From Spirochaetia bacterium (GTDB taxonomy: Bacteria; Spirochaetota; Spirochaetia; CADAEX01): a stretch of DNA of 43,470 nucleotides. Both the position numbers and the translations under genes were made by a program. The stretch's first letter is position 1. Each line of letters starts with the position of its first letter. The stretch covers positions 1 to 43,470 of the forward strand of contig JAZURI010000004.1 in NCBI GenBank assembly GCA_045606105.1, read 5' to 3'. The notes beneath the pieces were generated by a model, which did no database searches, was not told where the DNA came from, and was given only the letters and a program-made list of their open reading frames with translations. Of the stretch, positions 28,540 to 38,309 are shown in pieces.

Positions 28540-28577
28540 TTTGTATATTTATACTGCTTTATGCATATTTATGCAAT
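28540..28577 (-). promoter_or_regulatory. Tandem ARG boxes overlapping the arg operon promoter
   Basis: TATGCATATTTATGCAAT (28560-77) and TTTGTATATTTATACTGC (28540-57), 2 bp apart; minus-strand TTGCAT-17-TATAAA. Confidence 0.85.
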
Positions 28578-28594
28578 ATCCTGTATAGTGTTTC

Positions 28595-28622
28595 AAAAAA
28601 AATATCCCGCCGTAGCGGGATA
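28595..28622 (-). terminator. Intrinsic terminator of the fadL-like gene
   Basis: TATCCCGC-cgta-GCGGGATA followed by a U-tract on the minus strand. Confidence 0.85.
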
Positions 28623-28644
28623 GAAAAACATAGTCAGGTTAAAA

Positions 28645-29901
28645 TCAGAACATCTTGTATGTTACGCCGATTACACCTTCGAAAATGTCCTTGTCAAGCT
28701 CTGCATTCTTCCATGTCTCTTCGAAATACTGTACATAGAAACCGCCGAGATCGATTGTAAAGTCACCTGCAGAGATTTCAACACCGCCGCAGTATGTGAA
28801 GCTGTCGAGACTTGGAGCAGAGAAGCTGTTTCCTCCATCCTTGCTGTTGCATCCGATACTTGTATAGAAACCGCCGAGGCTCACTGCAAACATGTCGTTG
28901 ATCTGGTATTCACCTGCAAAGTTGATTTCAAATGCGTTGTCATAATCATATTCAGCAGCCTTGTTGAAGTAGATGTTTGATCCTGCTGCAAGATAGAGCT
29001 GGGAAGTTGCCTGCCAGCCGATACCGAAAGAGAGGTATGCAGGAATAACATAGTCGAATCTTGAATCCTCAACTACACCCATCATATTGCATACTGTGCT
29101 GTTTCCGGATACATCTGTGTATTCGTAATCGATGATTGATTCTGTGTGGTATGTTACGGCAAGGTCGATTGTATCAACAGGCTTGTAGTGAACGCTGAGG
29201 ATACCGCCTACTCCGAATCCGGAAGCCTCTGAGTCAAGGAGAGTCTTTTCTGTTCCAAGAAGCGAAGCAGTCAGATTAGGAGCATTATCAAGAGTAATTT
29301 CTCTTGTCTGCTTTCCGTAAAGAATCTTAACGGCAGCACCTACAGCAAGTCTGTCCTCCCAGAACTGATGTGACATACCTGTAACCCATCCCAGAACAGA
29401 TGATGATACATCAAGGGAATGACCCATAAGTTCATTTTTAACAAGTGGAGCCGCAGCAGACGGGATAGCACCACCGGCCACCAATCCGCCTACCATTGTG
29501 TCGATAGCTCCGATTGTATCTCCGTTACCTTTCTCATATTCCAGGGCACCGCCGCCTGCAAATACTGTCATACCTGTGAAAAGGGCTGTCTTATCCTTTT
29601 TCCACACTACTTCAAAGTTAGGATAAAGAAGTGTAGGAATGTCTGAAGAGTAATCCTTTCCGTTGATCTCGTTGGCATATTCCTTATAAAGGAACTGGTT
29701 ACCTACTTCAAAGTAGAGACCGTCTTCAAGGAATGCTGTACCTGCCGGGTTGTAGAACATTGCATCCGGTTTTTTACATTCTGTGTTTTTTGCAGGGAAT
29801 CTTACATAACCTGCAGACTGGTTGATCTTGTTTTCTGTTCCGCCGGCAAAAAGAGCGGTAGAAACGATCATGAAAGTGAGAAACAAAACAATTTTTTTCA
29901 T
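28645..29901 (-). CDS. FadL/OmpP1 family outer-membrane beta-barrel transporter
   Basis: Signal peptide, AMFYNPAG motif, amphipathic strands, C-terminal GVTYKMF. Confidence 0.8.
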   Translation of the reverse strand: MKKIVLFLTFMIVSTALFAGGTENKINQSAGYVRFPAKNTECKKPDAMFYNPAGTAFLEDGLYFEVGNQFLYKEYANEINGKDYSSDIPTLLYPNFEVVWKKDKTALFTGMTVFAGGGALEYEKGNGDTIGAIDTMVGGLVAGGAIPSAAAPLVKNELMGHSLDVSSSVLGWVTGMSHQFWEDRLAVGAAVKILYGKQTREITLDNAPNLTASLLGTEKTLLDSEASGFGVGGILSVHYKPVDTIDLAVTYHTESIIDYEYTDVSGNSTVCNMMGVVEDSRFDYVIPAYLSFGIGWQATSQLYLAAGSNIYFNKAAEYDYDNAFEINFAGEYQINDMFAVSLGGFYTSIGCNSKDGGNSFSAPSLDSFTYCGGVEISAGDFTIDLGGFYVQYFEETWKNAELDKDIFEGVIGVTYKMF

Positions 29902-30019
29902 TAGACAAAAATCCTCCGATAGTATTATGTCAGAAGCGGCGAGTATACCCTCCTGAACACTTTATCAGAAGAACCGGCGAATGCCGGGCAGCAAGATCTT
30001 CGTTAAAAGTAATAAAAAT

Positions 30020-30048
30020 AATCTATATCACACAAGGTTTAGTGTCAA
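30020..30048 (-). promoter_or_regulatory. Candidate promoter of the fadL-like gene
   Basis: TTGACA (30043-48, overlapping the parC stop)-17-TAGATT. Confidence 0.55.
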
Positions 30049-31946
30049 GATGAAAATTTAAGGGTTTTGACCGGCTTGGCTGTCAGACGGACACCTGAGG
30101 CCTTGAATCCCTTGGCATTATACTTTTCTATATCGAAGCTTTCTTCCTTGACCTTCATTCTCGGAGCCGGCTTGTAGACCAGATTTATCTTTCCCTGCTG
30201 CTTGTCTGTAAAGAAGATCAGCTTGCAGCCTTCGGGAAGGAAATCATAGCTCTTGTCGGACATGAACTTTTCCATGGCAAAACGCTTGATACAGTAATAT
30301 TTCTTGTCGGCAGTCTGGTATACCACGGTAAACACATGGCTTTTGTCCACTATGCCGCAGTAGAGCATTTCCTTATCCACAAACATCTTATCGGGAACGG
30401 AAGCCACGTTGAAGCTTCCGTTTTTCTTCATTATCAGCAGCTTGTCGTAACCGGAGGCCTCCAGGATAACGTCTCCTTTTGACACCTCGTATCCGATATA
30501 TCCGGTTTCCTTGTCGTAGCGTACCTTGAGGTCCTTGCGGGCCACTTCCCTTACATCCACACGGTTGAAGCCGGTAATGACTGTCCTGCGGGGATAAAGA
30601 GCTCCGTACTTTTCCTTTATGCCGGTTATGAATTCGGTTGCATATCCCACCAGGTCTCCCAGATGCTTCTGCACCAGCTTAAGCTGTGCCTTGATTTCGG
30701 CCATTTCCTTCCTGGCCTTGTTTATGTCGTAGAGGGAAATACGGCGAATAGGGATCTTGAGCAGGGTTTCCACGTTTTCTTCGGTGATTTCCCGCCTGAT
30801 CTGATCCATGAACGGCTCAAAACCATCCAATACTGCCTTGTTCACCGCTTCTTTGGTCTTCATCTCCTCGATGGCCTTGTAGATGCGCTCCTCAATAAAG
30901 ATTCTTTCCAGGGTACGGAGATGGAGCTTTTCCTGAAGCTTTGCCTCCTCCAGAAGGAGCTCTCTGCGGAGAATCTCCACCAGCTGATCTGCCTGATGCC
31001 GGATAACGTTGCCGACAGTCATCTGAACCGGTTTTCCGTCCTTGATTACCAGCAGATTGACAGAAACTGAGCTTTCGCACTCGGTAAAAGCGTAAAGGGC
31101 ATCCACAGCATCTGCCGACTGGACTCCCCTCGGAAGCTTGATTTCTATTTCCACCTTGTCGGTGGTGAAGTCGCTGATGGAAGCAACCTTGATTTTCCCC
31201 TTCTTGGCAGCCTTTTCTATGGAATCTATGAGAGTTTCCGTATTCTGACCGAAAGGAAGCTCCCTGATTATTATCTTTTTAGGGTCCGATGTATCCAGCT
31301 TGGCTCTGATAAGCACCTTGCCGTTTCCGTCTGCGTAGCCCGACACATCCAGAAGTCCTCCCGTAGGGAAATCGGGATATATCTCAGGTTCGCCGCCCCG
31401 GAGAGCAAGCACCATGGCATCCAGCACCTCGGTAAAGTTATGGGGAAGAATCTTGGTGGACATGCCGACCGCAATTCCCTCAGCCCCCATGATGAGTACC
31501 ACCGGAATCTTGGCCGGAAGCACCACAGGCTCCTTGGTCCTGCCGTCGTAGGATGGCTCGTATTCTGTGATTTCGGGATTGTAAAGCACCTCTTTTGCCA
31601 GAGGCAGAAGACGGCACTCGATGTATCTGGCAGCTGAAGCTCCGTCCCCGGTATAGAGGTTTCCGAAGTTTCCCTGCTTGTCTATGAAGAGATCCTTGTT
31701 GGCCAGGTTTACCAATGCATCCCCTATGCTGGCATCGCCGTGAGGATGGAGCTTCATGGTTTCGCCCACCACGTTGGCCACCTTGATGAACTTTCCGTCA
31801 TCCATATTGAAGAGAGTAGCCATTATACGGCGCTGTACCGGTTTCAGACCGTCTCCGAGATGAGGAATAGCCCTGTCCTTGATTACATAGGATGCATATT
31901 CCAGAAAATTCTGATCAAAAAGGGTATCCACATAATATGATGACAT
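30045..31946 (-). CDS. parC: DNA topoisomerase IV subunit A
   Basis: DRAIP..DGLKPVQRR, HPHGD and catalytic AARYIE; short CTD without an obvious GyrA box. Confidence 0.92.
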   Translation of the reverse strand: MSSYYVDTLFDQNFLEYASYVIKDRAIPHLGDGLKPVQRRIMATLFNMDDGKFIKVANVVGETMKLHPHGDASIGDALVNLANKDLFIDKQGNFGNLYTGDGASAARYIECRLLPLAKEVLYNPEITEYEPSYDGRTKEPVVLPAKIPVVLIMGAEGIAVGMSTKILPHNFTEVLDAMVLALRGGEPEIYPDFPTGGLLDVSGYADGNGKVLIRAKLDTSDPKKIIIRELPFGQNTETLIDSIEKAAKKGKIKVASISDFTTDKVEIEIKLPRGVQSADAVDALYAFTECESSVSVNLLVIKDGKPVQMTVGNVIRHQADQLVEILRRELLLEEAKLQEKLHLRTLERIFIEERIYKAIEEMKTKEAVNKAVLDGFEPFMDQIRREITEENVETLLKIPIRRISLYDINKARKEMAEIKAQLKLVQKHLGDLVGYATEFITGIKEKYGALYPRRTVITGFNRVDVREVARKDLKVRYDKETGYIGYEVSKGDVILEASGYDKLLIMKKNGSFNVASVPDKMFVDKEMLYCGIVDKSHVFTVVYQTADKKYYCIKRFAMEKFMSDKSYDFLPEGCKLIFFTDKQQGKINLVYKPAPRMKVKEESFDIEKYNAKGFKASGVRLTAKPVKTLKFSS

Positions 31947-33739
31947 CAGATCAAGTTCTCCATAATGTATTCTTTGCGTTTAGGGGTATTGCTTCCCATA
32001 TAGAAATCCAGCAGTCCCTGTACCTGCTGTCTGTTCTGGATTCCCACCTGCACAAGCCTGATATCGGCACCTATGAACTGTCCGAATTCATTCGGGGAAA
32101 TCTCTCCCAGTCCCTTGAAACGGGTAATTTCCGCATTGGCAATCTTCCTGGCCGCCGCATCCCTCTCCTTTTCGGAATAGCAGTATTTGGTCACTTTCTT
32201 GTTGCGCACACGGAAAAGAGGTGTTTCCAGCACATAGACCCTGCCTGCAGCCACCAGTTCCTCGTAATAGCTGAGGAAAAAGGTAAGAAGAAGGTTTCTG
32301 ATATGGAAGCCGTCGTTGTCGGCATCTGTTGCTATGACTATCTTGCCGTAACGGAGATCATCGATACTGTTTTCAATGCCCAGAGCCATGGTCATATTGT
32401 AGAATTCCTCATTCTTGTATATCTCGGTACGTCCCTTGCCGAAAACATTCAGCGGCTTTCCTCTGAGCGAGAAGATAGCCTGGGTATAGACATCCCTGGA
32501 GCCTACCATGGAACCGGAAGCAGACTGTCCCTCTGTAAGGAAAATCATGGAACCGGCACCCTTTTCCCCGTCCTGCAGATGGTACTTGCAGTCCTTAAGC
32601 TTCGGAATCTTGAGGGCTATCTTCTTTGCCGCCTCCTTGGCCTCTTTCTTGACCAGGTTCAGCTCCTTCCTGAGCTTTTCGTTACGGATAATTATATCTT
32701 CAAGCTTCTTGGCTTCATCCACATGCTTGTGAAGATAATCCTCCACGCCGCTTTTCACTTCGCTGACAATCCAGCTGCGGATTTCGGTATTGCCCAGCTT
32801 GTTCTTTGTCTGGCTTTCAAATACAGGCTCTCTCAGCTTGATGGAGATACAGCCTGCCATGCACTCCCTGACATCCTGCCCGGTATATGAGGTCTTGAAA
32901 TATTCGTTTATTCCCTTCAGAACCCCTTCCTTGAAGGCACTGAGATGGGTTCCTCCGTCACTGGTATACTGGCCGTTTACAAATGAAAAATAGGTTTCGC
33001 CGTAGTTGTGGGTATGGGTAAAAGCCACCTCAAGCCGTTCATTTCTGAAATAGACGGTTTCGTAATGGGTCTCCTCCCCCACCTCGCTCTGCAGCAGGTC
33101 ATAAAGCCCCTTGTCGGAAAAGAAGCTCTCCTTTCCGAGCACCAATGTAAGGCCCCGGTTCAGATAGGCATAGTTCCAGAGTCTTTTTCTTACAAAGTCA
33201 AGATTATATTCGTATTCCCCGAAAATCTCATTATCGGGAATAAATTCCATAAATACGCCGTTCCGTTCTTTGGTACCGCTTCCGCTTCTTTCGGAAATCA
33301 GCTTGCCCCTTTCGAAGATTGCCTCCTGAAAGTTGCCGTCCCTGACCGATACCACACGGAAATACCGGGAAAGGGCGTTTACCGCCTTGGTTCCCACACC
33401 GTTGAGTCCTACGGAGAACTGGAATACATCGTCGTTGTACTTGGCACCGGTATTGATGACGGAAACACATTCCACCACCTTTCCCAGAGGAATTCCCCGG
33501 CCGTAGTCCCTGACCTTGACCCGGTTATCCTTTATATCAACCACGATTTTCTTTCCGTAGCCCATGATATATTCGTCTATGCTGTTGTCGATTACTTCCT
33601 TCAGCAGGACATAGATTCCGTCATCGGGATTGTTTCCGTTTCCCAGACGGCCTATATACATTCCGCTTCTCTTGCGGATATGTTCGAGGGAGCTCAGTGT
33701 CTGTATTTTACTTTCGTCGTATTCCTGAGCCTTCTTCAT
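31946..33739 (-). CDS. parE: DNA topoisomerase IV subunit B
   Basis: EVIDNSIDE, DYGRGIP, GLNGVG, LRGK, DADNDG and RFKGLGE motifs. Confidence 0.92.
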   Translation of the reverse strand: MKKAQEYDESKIQTLSSLEHIRKRSGMYIGRLGNGNNPDDGIYVLLKEVIDNSIDEYIMGYGKKIVVDIKDNRVKVRDYGRGIPLGKVVECVSVINTGAKYNDDVFQFSVGLNGVGTKAVNALSRYFRVVSVRDGNFQEAIFERGKLISERSGSGTKERNGVFMEFIPDNEIFGEYEYNLDFVRKRLWNYAYLNRGLTLVLGKESFFSDKGLYDLLQSEVGEETHYETVYFRNERLEVAFTHTHNYGETYFSFVNGQYTSDGGTHLSAFKEGVLKGINEYFKTSYTGQDVRECMAGCISIKLREPVFESQTKNKLGNTEIRSWIVSEVKSGVEDYLHKHVDEAKKLEDIIIRNEKLRKELNLVKKEAKEAAKKIALKIPKLKDCKYHLQDGEKGAGSMIFLTEGQSASGSMVGSRDVYTQAIFSLRGKPLNVFGKGRTEIYKNEEFYNMTMALGIENSIDDLRYGKIVIATDADNDGFHIRNLLLTFFLSYYEELVAAGRVYVLETPLFRVRNKKVTKYCYSEKERDAAARKIANAEITRFKGLGEISPNEFGQFIGADIRLVQVGIQNRQQVQGLLDFYMGSNTPKRKEYIMENLI

Positions 33740-34341
33740 CAGAGATCTCCGAAACGTTCAAGAACCCAGCGGCCCTTTTCATAGGAAAAAACATTGAAGC
33801 TTGTGTTTCCGACCTTGAAGCAGCGACGGGCATTTACCGAAATTCCCAGTGCTATGCGGGTAAAGAAATCGACCCATCCCCTGTGTGTCACCACCAGGAT
33901 GTTCTCTCCGGCATGATTCTCGGCAGCATAGGCCATGAAATCGGAAATCATATCCACATATTCCTGCTTGCTCTGTCCTTCCGGAATTTTATAATCCATG
34001 TCATCAGAAACTGCTTTTTTGAAATCTTCAGGGAAATGCTCCTTCACATAGGCCCAGTTATGCCCCTCGAAGATTCCCATATTTCTTTCCATAAGCCGGG
34101 GATCGTCGGTAATTTCCAGCCCCAGGCTTTCATTTATGTATTCAGCTGTCTTTCTGGCTCTTCCCAGACTGCTTGTATAGATTTTTGCAAACTTCATGCC
34201 GGAAAGCTTCTGCCCCAGCAGCTTTGCATGCTCAATCCCTTTGAGAGTAAGCGGGCTGTCCTTGACCCCCTGCATCTTGTCCTCAAGATTCCATTCGGTT
34301 TCACCGTGTCTTACTATTGATATGCGAGTTATGTTTTCCAT
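33739..34341 (-). CDS. Histidine phosphatase (phosphoglycerate mutase family)
   Basis: RHGETEWN, SSLGRA, ERNMG and VTHRG motifs. Confidence 0.92.
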   Translation of the reverse strand: MENITRISIVRHGETEWNLEDKMQGVKDSPLTLKGIEHAKLLGQKLSGMKFAKIYTSSLGRARKTAEYINESLGLEITDDPRLMERNMGIFEGHNWAYVKEHFPEDFKKAVSDDMDYKIPEGQSKQEYVDMISDFMAYAAENHAGENILVVTHRGWVDFFTRIALGISVNARRCFKVGNTSFNVFSYEKGRWVLERFGDL

Positions 34342-34372
34342 TGGTTTTCTCCCGGTTGTTCAGAGGCCGGTC

Positions 34373-35221
34373 TTAAAAGCCCCGGTTTTTTCTTATTTTA
34401 TCATAAGCTTCCTGAATCTGTGCAAATTTTTTGTTTGCAAATTCGGTAAATTCTTCAGGAAGACCCTTTGAAGCTATAACATCGGGATGATATTCCTTGA
34501 TAAGCTTCTTATATTTTGTCTTGATAATATCTACACTGTCCTGCTCCGAGCAGCCCAGTACGGAATAGGCACCGCTTAACGAACCGGCACCTGCAGCAGA
34601 CTGATAGCCTGAATTCTGTCCGTAGCCGCTATCCCTTTCCCGGTTGCCCTGCTCCCGGTTCTGATTGTATTTATTCTTGAGCATTGTCACATTGTATGCC
34701 GGATACTGCAGGCACATGGCCACCTTGGCAATGAACTGTTCCTCTCTGGCATCAAGCACGCCGTCTGCACAGGCTACCCTTACCAGGATATCCATCATAA
34801 GATCCAGCATCTGGGTTTCGCCCCTGAAGCAATCGGCAAACTGCTCCGCAAATCTCTCAAAAGGCTCAGAGGAGGAGGCCGCAGTATCAAAAATCCTTAA
34901 TGCAAAATCCCTGTCCTGAGGATGAAATCTCAGTTCCTCCGTGATGAAGCGCTCGGTAATATCCCTTTCGCACCCCGATACCTTTCCGTCAGCTGCCGCA
35001 AGCTTGCCCAGAAGAGAAAAAGCTGCAACAAAGAAGGTCATCTGACGGTTCTGGTTGCCATTTCTCATCCCTTCTTCCCGGTACATTCCGGAATCATTTG
35101 CTTCAGAATATCTTTTTTTATTGTCAAAGCTGTGACCGATAGCCACACCCAGGACAGCTCCCAGCGGACCGAACAACATGGATCCGAAAATTCCGCCGAT
35201 TATTTTACCGCCTATAGCCAT
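34373..35221 (-). CDS. djlA: DjlA-like co-chaperone (TM + TerB-like + J domain)
   Basis: N-terminal GKIIG..GH.FD, two ADG motifs, C-terminal J domain with HPD. Confidence 0.85.
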   Translation of the reverse strand: MAIGGKIIGGIFGSMLFGPLGAVLGVAIGHSFDNKKRYSEANDSGMYREEGMRNGNQNRQMTFFVAAFSLLGKLAAADGKVSGCERDITERFITEELRFHPQDRDFALRIFDTAASSSEPFERFAEQFADCFRGETQMLDLMMDILVRVACADGVLDAREEQFIAKVAMCLQYPAYNVTMLKNKYNQNREQGNRERDSGYGQNSGYQSAAGAGSLSGAYSVLGCSEQDSVDIIKTKYKKLIKEYHPDVIASKGLPEEFTEFANKKFAQIQEAYDKIRKNRGF

Positions 35222-35310
35222 TATTTCCCCATAATTGTTATATTCTTAATAATTATATAGGTTTAACAACTGATTGACAAGGCTTTATGTTGAAATGTAA
35301 TCTACGATAA

Positions 35311-35892
35311 ATGGGAAGAAAATTATCTGAGTACATTATTTTTGCCGCAATGCTGATTCTGATATCAGGCTGCAGACTCAACTACAAGGAGGCTGACATA
35401 ACCGACACCTTCTCCGATTCGGTTCCCAACAGCATCCTTACCTCTTTTTCCCAGACTGTAGTGGAAAACAAGGCTACGGCATACACAGTGGAGGCTGACA
35501 GGGCCGAGCTTTACGACAAGACCTCCGCCACCTATTTTGAGAACATAAGCTTCAAGGAATTCGATTCCGAAGGAAATGTGGGAACCGAAGGAGCCGCACG
35601 GAAGGCCACCTATTACAGCAACAACGACAACATCATCTTTGACGGCGACATGATAATCAATTCCAAGGAGCAGGATTTCATAGTCCGCAGCAATTACATG
35701 GAATGGGACAACAAGAACAGAATACTCAAAAGCAGGGACGATACACCCGTAACCATAGAGCAGGGAGAAGGAACCTATATTTCAGGCAGGGGCTTCATTT
35801 CCGATGCAGCCTCAAAAACCTTCACATTCCTGGAAAAGGCTGAAGGAAGATTCTTCAAGGAAGAGGAAGAAAACGATGAAGAAAACAATTAG
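35311..35892 (+). CDS. lptC: LPS export protein LptC-like (lipoprotein-type N-terminus)
   Basis: LISGC lipobox, beta-rich sequence, position before lptA and lptB. Confidence 0.75.
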   Translation: MGRKLSEYIIFAAMLILISGCRLNYKEADITDTFSDSVPNSILTSFSQTVVENKATAYTVEADRAELYDKTSATYFENISFKEFDSEGNVGTEGAARKATYYSNNDNIIFDGDMIINSKEQDFIVRSNYMEWDNKNRILKSRDDTPVTIEQGEGTYISGRGFISDAASKTFTFLEKAEGRFFKEEEENDEENN

Positions 35893-36571
35893 TCTGCTGA
35901 TTCTGCTTGTACTCTTTGCCGGACAGCTTCATGCCTCCGACGATTTCTCTTTTTTCGGAGACAGGCTTTCTTCCGTCAGGGCAAAAGGGAGAGAACAGAC
36001 CGTTCTGCGGGGAAATGCGGGAATAGTTTCATCATCCACATCAATCAAGGCCGATTATATTGAAATCTTCGGAGATGACAATGAATTTGCCGAATGCACG
36101 GGCAATGTGGAGGTCCGGGACAACGAAAAGGGGATTTTCCTCAAGGCTGGAAAGCTTTTCTTCAACAGAGAGGATGATATAATCAGGGCAGAGGGCTCCG
36201 CTGTCATGGAGGATGCCAGAAACGAGGTGGTAGCCAGAGGAAATTTTCTGGAATACCGCGGCAAGGACGAAGTCTGCATGATACAGATCGGGGTCAGGAT
36301 CTTCAAGGATGAAATGGTATGCCGTTCGGAATTTGCGGAATACAGCAGGAATGACGAGATACTCAGGCTTTCGGGAATGCCGGTGGTTTATCGTGAGGAT
36401 GACGAATACAGGGCCCTGAGGATAATCATAGACATAGACAAGGATGAAATCACCCTGGAGGGAAGGGTTTCCGGAAAGATCTTCTCCGAAGATAATGAAA
36501 ACGATGAAACTGAGGAAATTGAGGAATCTGAAGAAACCGAAGAAGACGAGAAAGAGGAAGCAGAGGAATGA
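35876..36571 (+). CDS. lptA: LptA/OstA family protein
   Basis: Signal peptide MKKTISLL..., repeated GNA/GNV/GSA beta-jellyroll motifs, acidic tail. Confidence 0.78.
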   Translation: MKKTISLLILLVLFAGQLHASDDFSFFGDRLSSVRAKGREQTVLRGNAGIVSSSTSIKADYIEIFGDDNEFAECTGNVEVRDNEKGIFLKAGKLFFNREDDIIRAEGSAVMEDARNEVVARGNFLEYRGKDEVCMIQIGVRIFKDEMVCRSEFAEYSRNDEILRLSGMPVVYREDDEYRALRIIIDIDKDEITLEGRVSGKIFSEDNENDETEEIEESEETEEDEKEEAEE

Positions 36572-37314
36572 GCAATATTTTTGATGACGGCGAACATCTG
36601 ACCGTACGGGGTCTGAAAAAGGTTTTCGGCAGAAAAACAGCAGTTGCGGGAATAGATTTCACCATGTACAAAGGGGAAATCGTAGGCTTTCTCGGACAGA
36701 ACGGTGCAGGAAAAACCACAGCCTTCTACATGATTGCAGGATTTATCAAGCCTACCGACGGACAGATACTTCTGGGGGATACCGAAATATCAAAATACCC
36801 TATGTACAAACGGGCACAGATGGGAATATCTTACCTTCCTCAGGAGCCTTCCATTTTCAGGAAGCTTACCGTTGAAGAAAACATAAATGCGGTTCTGGAA
36901 ACCAGAAAGGATATTTCAAAGGAAGAAAAGAAGAGAATCCTTGAAGAGCTTATCGAGGAATTCGGAATAGGACATATCAGACGTCAGATGGCCTTTACTC
37001 TTTCGGGAGGAGAACGGCGAAGAACAGAAATAGCCAGAGCCCTTTCCATGAAGCCTAAATACCTGCTGCTGGATGAGCCCTTTTCGGGCATCGACCCTAT
37101 TGCCGTAGCAGAAATCAAGGGAATCATCAAGAAATTCTCCGACAAGAATATCGGTGTACTTATTACAGACCATAATGTCAGGGATACTCTGGATATCACA
37201 GACAGAGCCTACATCATCAGCAAGGGACAGATTGTGGTACAGGGAAGCAGGGACGATATCCTGGCTGATGAGCTTGCAAGAAAGACCTACCTGGGCGAAT
37301 CCTTCTCCATGTAA
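36568..37314 (+). CDS. lptB: LPS export ABC transporter ATPase
   Basis: GQNGAGKTT, YLPQEPSIFRKL, LSGGERRR, LLDEPFSGIDP and ITDHNVRDTL motifs. Confidence 0.96.
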   Translation: MSNIFDDGEHLTVRGLKKVFGRKTAVAGIDFTMYKGEIVGFLGQNGAGKTTAFYMIAGFIKPTDGQILLGDTEISKYPMYKRAQMGISYLPQEPSIFRKLTVEENINAVLETRKDISKEEKKRILEELIEEFGIGHIRRQMAFTLSGGERRRTEIARALSMKPKYLLLDEPFSGIDPIAVAEIKGIIKKFSDKNIGVLITDHNVRDTLDITDRAYIISKGQIVVQGSRDDILADELARKTYLGESFSM

Positions 37315-38309
37315 TCTTTCTCAGATTCGGTAAACATTGCAATTTCATGCAATTTAGCTCTAAGCAGATTTTTATCAGGCAGCTTAAATGTATAATCAGC
37401 AACCATTGCCGGGGAAAGACTGCTGCTTAAAGCATACTCGACAACTGTATCATCTTTACATGTGCAAAGAATCAGGCCGACACTGGGATTCTCATGTTCA
37501 TTCCTAACATCCCTATTCAATGCTTCCAGATAAAAATTCAGCTGTCCCAGATGTTCAGGTCTGAATTTACCAACCTTGAGTTCAACGGCAACAAGACACG
37601 AAAGAACCCGGTTATAAAATAACAAATCAACAAAAAAATCAGTATTTCCAACTTGAATTCTATATTCTTCATCTATAAAAGTAAAATCTTTGCCAAACTC
37701 CAGTATAAATTTTTTAAGATTTGCAATAATGGATTTTCTTAGATCTTTTTCTTTGAATTTTTTAGGAACATCTAAAAATTCCAGCACATAAAAATCTCTG
37801 AATGCTGCAACAGCAGGATATTGTTTTATAAGAGAATGGTGTTTAGATGCATATAGGATATTTCGTTCATAAAGCATACTGTCAATCTGTCTTTCCAATT
37901 CTCTTTTTCCGTAATTGTTATCAATACAAAGCCTGATATAAAATTCCTTGGCTTCATCTGTTTTACAATTAGACATGATGATCAGATTATTTGACCATGT
38001 AATTTCTCTCACCAGTGGTGAGAGTTTTTCATTTTGACTATAAGTTTCATAAAATTGCTTCATCCTCCAAATATTCTGAGAAGAAAATCCACTTGCAGAA
38101 GGGTATGTCTGTTTAAGAAAACATGAAAAATCCCTTACTACCCCTTTTCCCCAGCCATCAGAAGCTGCTTTTTCACTGACAAACTTACCTATCTGCCAAT
38201 ACATCTCAATCATTTCAGCATTTACGGCTTTAATGGCTCTTGTTTTAGCCCTTTCTATAATTTCAATTATATTATTAAAATCGTTGATATATCTGATTAT
38301 TTCTGTCAT
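37287..38309 (-). CDS. yhcG: YhcG/DUF1016 PD-(D/E)XK nuclease-family protein
   Basis: MYWQIG, GWG, GFS.QNIWRMKQFY, ITWSNN, YVLEFL, LEFGKDFTF, VDLLFY..VELK and GQLNFYL motifs. Confidence 0.93.
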   Translation of the reverse strand: MTEIIRYINDFNNIIEIIERAKTRAIKAVNAEMIEMYWQIGKFVSEKAASDGWGKGVVRDFSCFLKQTYPSASGFSSQNIWRMKQFYETYSQNEKLSPLVREITWSNNLIIMSNCKTDEAKEFYIRLCIDNNYGKRELERQIDSMLYERNILYASKHHSLIKQYPAVAAFRDFYVLEFLDVPKKFKEKDLRKSIIANLKKFILEFGKDFTFIDEEYRIQVGNTDFFVDLLFYNRVLSCLVAVELKVGKFRPEHLGQLNFYLEALNRDVRNEHENPSVGLILCTCKDDTVVEYALSSSLSPAMVADYTFKLPDKNLLRAKLHEIAMFTESEKDYMEKDSPR

